A DNA stretch of 60,211 nucleotides, counting the filler, from Dugesia japonica (lineage: Eukaryota), in the NCBI GenBank assembly GCA_001938525.1. It is 5 parts of 5 records of this genome, joined end to end, with 100 filler letters (N's around TTAATTAATTAA, not from the genome) between each part and the next. Parts side by side here need not be neighbours in the genome. Positions count along the whole stretch, not along the records: positions 49,097 to 60,211 come from MQRL01640647.1; 4 more parts are not named here. The stretch is one strand, 5' to 3'. The notes under the pieces are model-generated. The model did no database searches. It was not told where the DNA came from and worked only from the letters and a program-made list of their open reading frames with translations. Of the stretch, positions 52,907 to 60,211 are shown piece after piece; the stretch's first letter is position 1; every line of letters starts with the position of its first letter. Made by a program: the position numbers and the translations under genes.

Positions 52907-55885
52907 AAAATATTCTAATTATTTTTCCTTATTTAGATAGTGATGACGGTCGCCATTGTTCTAAAATGGTTTTCAGTCNATAGAGGATAAAATTTGTAAA
53001 TTTCTTATGCGATTTGAGCAATATTCTCGTCAACTTAAGCCACATTACATATGGATAATTCTAGCTAATAATGTTAGTACTTGTTGGATTTGTTCTTTGC
53101 GTGTCCAAAAGTCGTGAATTTTATGACCACTCTTGTAATTCTTCTTGTAAGAGTATTTTGAATTTTCCTACTAAACATTTCAAATGTATTTTGTGAGCAT
53201 TTTATTGTTTTTGATAGTAATTTCTTTAAAATTTGTTTAACTTATTCAATATTGATTAATTTTGGCTCAAACAATATCAATAATTGTGTTTCGTTAATAC
53301 CTTTTAAAATAATTGATCTCGCCAAATTCAAGACTTTAAAACGATCTTTGGCTACTTAGCCTTCATTTTCATAAAAATATTAATGTTGATAAATCTCAAA
53401 TTAAAAGTCGAAATATAGAATTATTATAAAAATCAAAAAAAAAATTCCGAACGAATTTTTTATTTTAAATAAATTCTGAAAAACTATCAAAACGAATAAT
53501 TATTCTCGCAATCGTAAAATCTGAGATTATCAATAATAGTGATGCCTTTGNGTTATGATTATAATATACTGATTGAAACAGTGATAATATCTGAAGTGGA
53601 TTGTTTTTCGACTGATTTGAAATCAGTTTTATTCATAGGATTTAATCAAAATTTTTGCGTAACTGTTCAAAGATTCGAAATATTTTCTTTTTTTAAAATG
53701 TTTTCCTCGAAATACTTTAAATCTTAAGATTCAATTCTTACGAAATTCCTCTAATTTTTTAGATGCATCACAGATAATCAATTTGATAAATATCAAGTAT
53801 TGGGCAAAAGAATCCTCAAAATTTTACTTATTAACAAGTTTAAAAATAATAATCCAGTCTCCATGAAAGAAAAACCATTTAATAACTTCTTAACTAAGAC
53901 TATGAACAACAATATTTTTGGGAATGCCACGAAAGTGCATAATAATCCTGATTTTATATAGGATAATGGCAACAATTTATCTAAAACACAACTCAAAACA
54001 CTATTTTACATCTAAAATTCAGTCCTGAATATTTTGATAATTATACTACTGATTATTCTAAAAAGAACAAATAGTTAATTGAGAACCAGTTTTTTAAAAT
54101 TTTAAACAATTGAATAATAATGGCGTTCCCTATATTATTCAAACAAGCAATCATTTTAAAAATGAATACAACGCATTTATTAAAGGAAAAAATAAATTTA
54201 AATCTAATATGATTTATAATAAAATGAATTAAAAAAATTCTGTAAACAATTTGAATTCTACTTTTAAGTCTTATCTTACAAAAAAATACTTGGAATTTCA
54301 AAACTACCAGTTTTAAAATTCAATAGTAATTTAAATTTGAAAATTAATTCCAGTTTTGAAATTAAATATAAATCTGAAATAGCCTTTTATTAAAAAAAAT
54401 AATAAAATGAACAAGGATAGTTGTTAGGTAATTTTAAAATTTAATGCAATAATGTTTTTATTAAAATCAATGTTTATTAGTTTAAATTTTTAAATGTAAA
54501 TTTGAAATTTAATTGTANNNNNNNNNNNNNNNNNNNNNNNNNNNNNNNNNNNNNNNNNNNNNNNNNNNNNNNNNNNNNNNNNNNNNNNNNNNNNNNNNNN
54601 NNNNNNNNNNNNNNNNNNNNNNNNNNNNNNNNNNNNNNNNNNNNNNNNNNNNNNNNNNNNNNNNNNNNNNNNNNNNNNNNNNNNNNNNNATAATATTTAG
54701 TTATCTCAATTCTTATTGGCTGAAATTATTAATTAATAATTATTTCCTCATAGTAAATATTTAGTAAAAAGTTTAAAAGCCTCAACTGATTGGGATCATT
54801 TTAGCCCAGCACTCATTTTGTATCCGGATGAGACGGATTTCTCTTTTTCGCAGAATTATTCCCGCTTCGAACTAACGTGGACTTAGATCAGACAAACTGA
54901 ATTTTCAACTGTTTTCGATAAATAAAATCATTAATTAAGTTCATGTTTTCCTGTTTTATATACAAATTATTCAGCAATTACCAATTCCTAAATTTTTACC
55001 TAAGTTTATATTTCAGTGGACATCATATAGTTACAGACATGGAATCAACAAACCCAACGTATTATTTTCTGACGTCGAATCAACCCGAATAACCGAGACG
55101 CTAGGATCTCGGTGAATCAACTTAACCTGCCGGCCGTGGAAGCTGTCACAGCGCGGGTTCAATATTTAGCGTAGCGGCATCGCTACCAGACGTGGCGAGC
55201 ACCATCTTCGGGTCTAGCCACTCGTTTCTCCTACCGCAATAATCCAATTCCACCTGTAGCGAGAAATAGTGTTGAGATCGAATAACACANNNNNNNNNNN
55301 NNNNNNNNNNNNNNNNNNNNNNNNNACACAGCAACATCACATAGCATCACATACACAAATAAACCTTCAACAATCACAGCCTTAAAATAACAATCTATTG
55401 TCATTCAATGCAGATCCAATCAATCCTCAATTAGTTCAATTATCAAATTCAACTCAATATTCGGAAAGCAGTTCAATTATTGGATATTTAAATCGATATT
55501 GTTTATAATAGACTTCATGATTTATAAAAATGATCGATATTAAAATCTTGATGTAATTTGTGAATTTATTTCATTTTATTTTATAATCAATATTCATTAT
55601 TATGTACAGTTAGTCTAATAGTTTTTATTTTTTGAAAAAAACAAAATTATTTTAAGGTCATAAAAATTTCTGTATATATATATTTGACCTTATTTCATTT
55701 TTGGGAAAACAAATAATTTTTGCATATATTTGACTTTTAAAATTTTTTTTGTAATTAATGTGACATTTAAATCAAACAGAAAAATTTTTGTTTTTAGTAA
55801 AAAATGATTGATTTTTTATTAATAAATGTTGATGTTTGTATGCAAAATATTGAGGTTGTATGCATGTATGTAGTGCTCAATTCAG

Positions 55886-55920
55886 TATAAATACTGATTG
55901 AATTTGATAGATTTTCAGTC
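55886..55920 (+). promoter_or_regulatory. TATA box plus initiator
   Basis: TATAAATA at 55886 and TCAGTC at 55915 with canonical spacing of about 30 nt, upstream of the accessory exons. Confidence 0.5.
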
Positions 55921-56558
55921 GTTTTATTTACAGAGACACTGACCTCTCAGGGAAGCTGTAATCTGGTAAATTAAAATTAGCTGATAAGGTTTTATTGATA
56001 GACGAATATTTTGTTATACATAAAAAATAAAGGGTGTTTTAGAAGTGTGTATTTATTTATTTATATAACAACATACACGATATAACCCTATTTATATCTT
56101 TGATTAAAATATTTATTATATAATATTGTACCTACATATACACAGGGATACAATCAACACTCATAAAATCACGAACCAAATATTTATTCACTAATTTCAA
56201 ATACGAACCATAATATCTTTTGTTGAGTTGAAATACCCAACAATAGTATCAATAATCTCTTACGGAACATCCGAGACCCGACAAATTCGGAGAATAGGGA
56301 AAACATTGACTTTGTTCCCACTCCTGTAATTCCTAGTGATGTTAAAAATATGGAATCCCAGTCAACTAGTTAAATTTAGTTATATTAATCTGTCTATTTT
56401 TATTTGTTTTATATCCCATAAATAAATATTGTTTGACTAGAGGTGAGAGTTGGTTCATTGATGTTTTTTAAATTAGTTTCAGTTTATCAAAGTTTATCTT
56501 TTCTGCATTATCATTACATCCATTCTGAAACAAATTAATTGATAATAACAAATTCTAG

Positions 56559-56914
56559 TGCATTTATTGATCAACCGTTCCGTGGCCCCCACGAAAAAGG
56601 TCCGAGAAAACAGTAAAGACCTAGAGATGTCCTGGGATCTCAATAAATTGGCTAAACGGAAATGGGAGGCCAAAACAGCCACTGCAAGCGCTAAGGTGAA
56701 GCGTTACCAAAAGAAATGTCATAGCTACCGATTAGAAGCAGAGGCCTCCCATGCTCAGGAGCGTATTTGAAAACGTCAGGTAGAACCCTTCGCAAATATT
56801 ATCTAGTCCCTCCATGACNGTGAGAATAAACTGGTGACTGATTTGTTGGAAATGCGAAAGCATGTTCCTTTAGAGGCTTTGATGGTGGATAAATCCACGC
56901 AAACCCGAAATTGA
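56559..56914 (+). pseudogene. Accessory exon A, copy 2
   Basis: Starts after ttctAG. Reads EMSWDLNKLAKRKWEAKTATASAKVKRYQ...ENKLVTDL...LEALMVDKSTQTRN*. Confidence 0.7.
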
Positions 56915-57008
56915 TTATTTAAATATTTTGATGTAAACAAACCTTTCTGTAATTAATTCAATATTTTGATAGTTTTTTTAGATAAATTTATCATATCTTT
57001 ATTTTTAG

Positions 57009-57373
57009 GGCCCAGAATCCAACTACCGACTAACCTAAGACAATGTCATTGCTTCANCCAAAATCCTTTACTTGAACGCCACCTTAAGCGTCAAACAGAA
57101 CGACAGTTATTGCGCAACTTAACACAACGCAATCATATGATAAAGAAACTGGGTATTATCATCAAAAAACATCGAGAGTTAGACGCACACATCCAGAGAA
57201 TCCTCAACAACAAAATAGCATTCTTAAAACGCTACATTGCCGACCTGACAACCCATTTGGAAATTGAGAACTGATCGCCCTGGCATAGTGAGGATGACGA
57301 GGCAGCTTTTGATTATCAGGAGGATGAACCCTCCAAATGGCTCGATCCAGGGGCTTTTGATTTAACTGAATAA
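57009..57373 (+). pseudogene. Accessory exon B, copy 2
   Basis: PRIQLPTNLRQCH...MIKKLGIIIKK...KIAFLKRYIADL...EDDEAAFDY...WLDPGAFDLTE*. Confidence 0.7.
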
Positions 57374-57424
57374 ATGTTTTTCCTATTTAAATTTGTCATT
57401 TTTTCTATTATGAGTTAAGGGGAA

Positions 57425-57601
57425 TGAGGAACCCGAATCAAAACAATAGAGTGCGTACTCCAAATACATGATGGGAGCCAACCACTCTAAATCAAAAACC
57501 TAAATAGAGACTTTAAGTAAATTCTTGACAGGGTCCTCTGAGGGCTGTCTTTTCCCCCATTCATGATTTTTTCTACACTTAGCTCAGGTGGAACCCCAAA
57601 A
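57425..57601 (+). mobile_element. LTR-like 3' end, copy 2
   Basis: aaattcttgacagggtcctctgagggctgt...ctcaggtggaaccccaaaa. Confidence 0.7.
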
Positions 57602-58443
57602 TTATTTAAAAATATAAATTGGGAAAAGCAAATGTTGAAAGAAGCGTTCAAAAACCAATGTTGAGATACCTTGGGGGATTTGGCAAAGATAAGTCAACAA
57701 TTCGTGAGTTTAGCAAATTTAAGTTCAAATAATCCCAGTATATTAATGTTATAAAATTGAACTTATAAACCTTAATATAGCTACTATAAATATAATGATA
57801 TAATGTATATATAGGCTATATAGTAATCCTTATAAAAAATAATGAAAATTCACTTTCGTATATAAACTTTATTATAGANNATAACAATTTACAAAGTAAT
57901 TAGCGTTTTATATTTTTAACCTTCGTTGTAAATCTGAAGAAGATTTAAACGATTGAACGGTTTTAAATTGGTGGTTCAAACTAAATTTCAATCACTATTT
58001 ATACTAAATTTGAGATAAAAACGGAAACCATAAAATTATCAAAGTTTTACATATTATTTTAAATGACATAAATAATAATAAATAAAATTTACATTAATAA
58101 TGATAATTCTGCAAATACTTTTTCAAATAAATAAAATTTACATATAAATAAAATTTACATTAATAATTGTTCAACGGAAATAAATAAAATTCACATAANA
58201 GAATTCACATTTCAANGCTTATTGATTCAGTAATAATTATNCAAAGGAAATAAATAAAATTTGATTCAATAATAATTATAGCGTTTAAAACTTTAAAAGT
58301 GATTTAAAAATAAAATAAAAATAAAAATTTACTATAAAATAAATAATGATTATTAAAAATAATGATTTTCAAGATAATATTTACACATAATCGACAGTTC
58401 AGATAGTAATATTCAAATCACAAAAATATAATATTAGTCCAAA

Positions 58444-58538
58444 TTTTTGATTGAATTGTTGCTCAAATATTGATTTTTGATTGAATTGTTGTTTGAATAT
58501 TGATTTTTGATTGAATTGTTGTTCGAATATTAATTTTT
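58444..58538. repeat. 30-bp tandem repeat, about 3 copies
   Basis: tttttgattgaattgttg at 58444, 58474 and 58504. Confidence 0.9.
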
Positions 58539-59479
58539 GGATTGTAGTTTGACTCGAATATTGGATATTTATTGTATTTATATGTTTGTATATTATATAG
58601 GTGTATGTGTGCATGTGTATTTAAGGTTGGTNNNNNNNNNNNNNNNNNNNNNNNNNNNNNNNNNNNNNNNNNNNNNAATTATTTGTATTTTAAATAAAGT
58701 ATTGAATCAAAAAGTCTTATTTTAGTTGGTTTAAATGAAAAAACAAATAAACCTAACAATAATAATTTAACTTCCTATCAGGTTAAGAATAACCTTAATA
58801 AAGACAATATTAAGGCTTTACAAATGAAAATTTTATCTAAAACTAATATAGATTGTAATTCTTATTATATAAAACTAAATTTAAAGAGGGTAATTCCAAA
58901 ACCATGGAGAAGAATTCTGAGTGCTTAACTCTAAAATTAATTTAAAATTACGAGATAAAATAAATAAGGATAAAAAATTAGAAACATTCAGGTTTTCTGA
59001 ATACGCTATTTTAGTGTCTAATGAACCAATTGTTGATTTGCTGGCTCTTCAATCACTAAGTACTAATTAGAGGCCAAATGTCATTGCTTCATTCTTTCTC
59101 ACGGATTTTAGCTTGCCTGAGTATTTTGTTGTTAATGAAACTACTCTATTCTCTTTTAATAAATCAAATCATCATTGCATTGATGTTGCATTGATGTTAG
59201 CAGACCAGAAAAATAGTGTCTTTAAAGAAAAAAGAGTGCTTGCAACTATTTAGATACAAACGTAGGAAGAATCTTAACTAAGAAAATACTCCTTTAAACT
59301 CTTCTAAAATCTCATAACTGGGACAGTTGCCCTTTCAATTTGTAGAGATGATCTCAGTTTTTCTGATGCTGAAAACATTCCTAATAAAATATCTGGCGTA
59401 CAGAGTAAAATACTCATTTCTGACNNNNNNNNTCCACAATTGCCTTCGATTGTGCTACTTCTTTGGCAATTGCAGAAAA

Positions 59480-59915
59480 CCGAATGTCTACTATCAGCCT
59501 AAGCAAAAGTTGGTTTAGTGATGAACAAATCAATGCTTTCATGAATACCCACGTTCGGGATCTAGAATTTTTTATCAATATGCTTGTAACTCATATTGTG
59601 GTGGCCAAGAAGGAAACTTCTTCTTCGTTTGATTATGACATTTCAAAAGTTACTGAATCCAGCACAATTGTCTCTGCAATGAATCTTTTCAACCAAGGCT
59701 GAATTCTCTTTGTTTTAATAGACATATTGTTAGAGCCTACAACATTGATCCTCTTAAAGTAGCTTTTATGTCAAATATGTCTGTTAAGTATGACATATAT
59801 ATGACAAAGGAGCCTTATAAATTCATTAATAAAACTGCTGTGTTTTGTAATGAGGTGGTAATCAAAAATGAAACAGTAGAATAATTATGACTGTGACACA
59901 CTTGTCTGCAGCTCT
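59480..59915 (+). pseudogene. Ulp1/SENP-like (C48) protease domain remnant
   Basis: SWFSDEQINAFM, MNLFNQG*ILFVL (position of NHWxL), YNIDPL and KQ*NNYDCDTLVC (position of QxNxxDCG), in the expected order. Confidence 0.68.
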
Positions 59916-60211
59916 GGAACTTTTAAATTGTTACGCTCTTTTTAACTTGGAAATCCGGAAAATTAGAGAATTTGTTGACCTAAAAAGAAGGATGCATTAC
60001 CGGAGCAACGCAAATGCAAAGCAGACCTAAAGAAGGCTCGAAAAGAATTAAGAAAAGTTCAAGAAGAAATCAGAGAGATACAAGAGTAAAATAAAGTCCT
60101 GAGAGATCCTATCAGCGACAGCGATCGGCATGAACTATCCATTATGCAAATCAATTACATGCTGCTTGAAATAAACAAAAATTATGTGGACAGAGAATCC
60201 TCAGTCCTAGC

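Noticed and set aside
54502-54764. ORFs spanning N runs (also at 39534, 45778, 51652 and 58537)
   Set aside because: They are open only because Ns translate as X.
50559-56770. Stop at the same codon in both exon A copies (ERV*K and ERI*K) as conserved readthrough
   Set aside because: The codons differ (TAA and TGA) and both can derive from TGG. Other Trp codons in these exons have also mutated to stops in one copy only.

Overview
AT-rich eukaryotic (probably invertebrate) genomic DNA made of at least five contigs. They are joined by N-TTAATTAATTAA-N linkers at 13019, 26984, 40020 and 49041, so adjacency across those points is artificial. The window is mostly decayed mobile DNA. It holds several Polinton/adintovirus-type remnants (integrases, packaging ATPase, major capsid pieces, protein-primed PolB, termini), a 7.4 kb 35-bp satellite, and mariner, hAT and Merlin remnants. 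There are also two Ty3/Gypsy elements. One of them carries a chuvirus-type (gB-like) glycoprotein between gag and protease, running in frame into the protease, plus a second divergent glycoprotein start after RNase H. An LTR-like family (TGTTGGGG...CCCCAACA) appears to carry spliced accessory genes inside its terminal repeat, one ending in a conserved DKSTQT dynein-light-chain motif. One apparently intact host gene with three 40-42 nt introns (36333-37160) has a divergent CEP164-like N-terminus. All family assignments come from motif recognition by eye; no database search was run.
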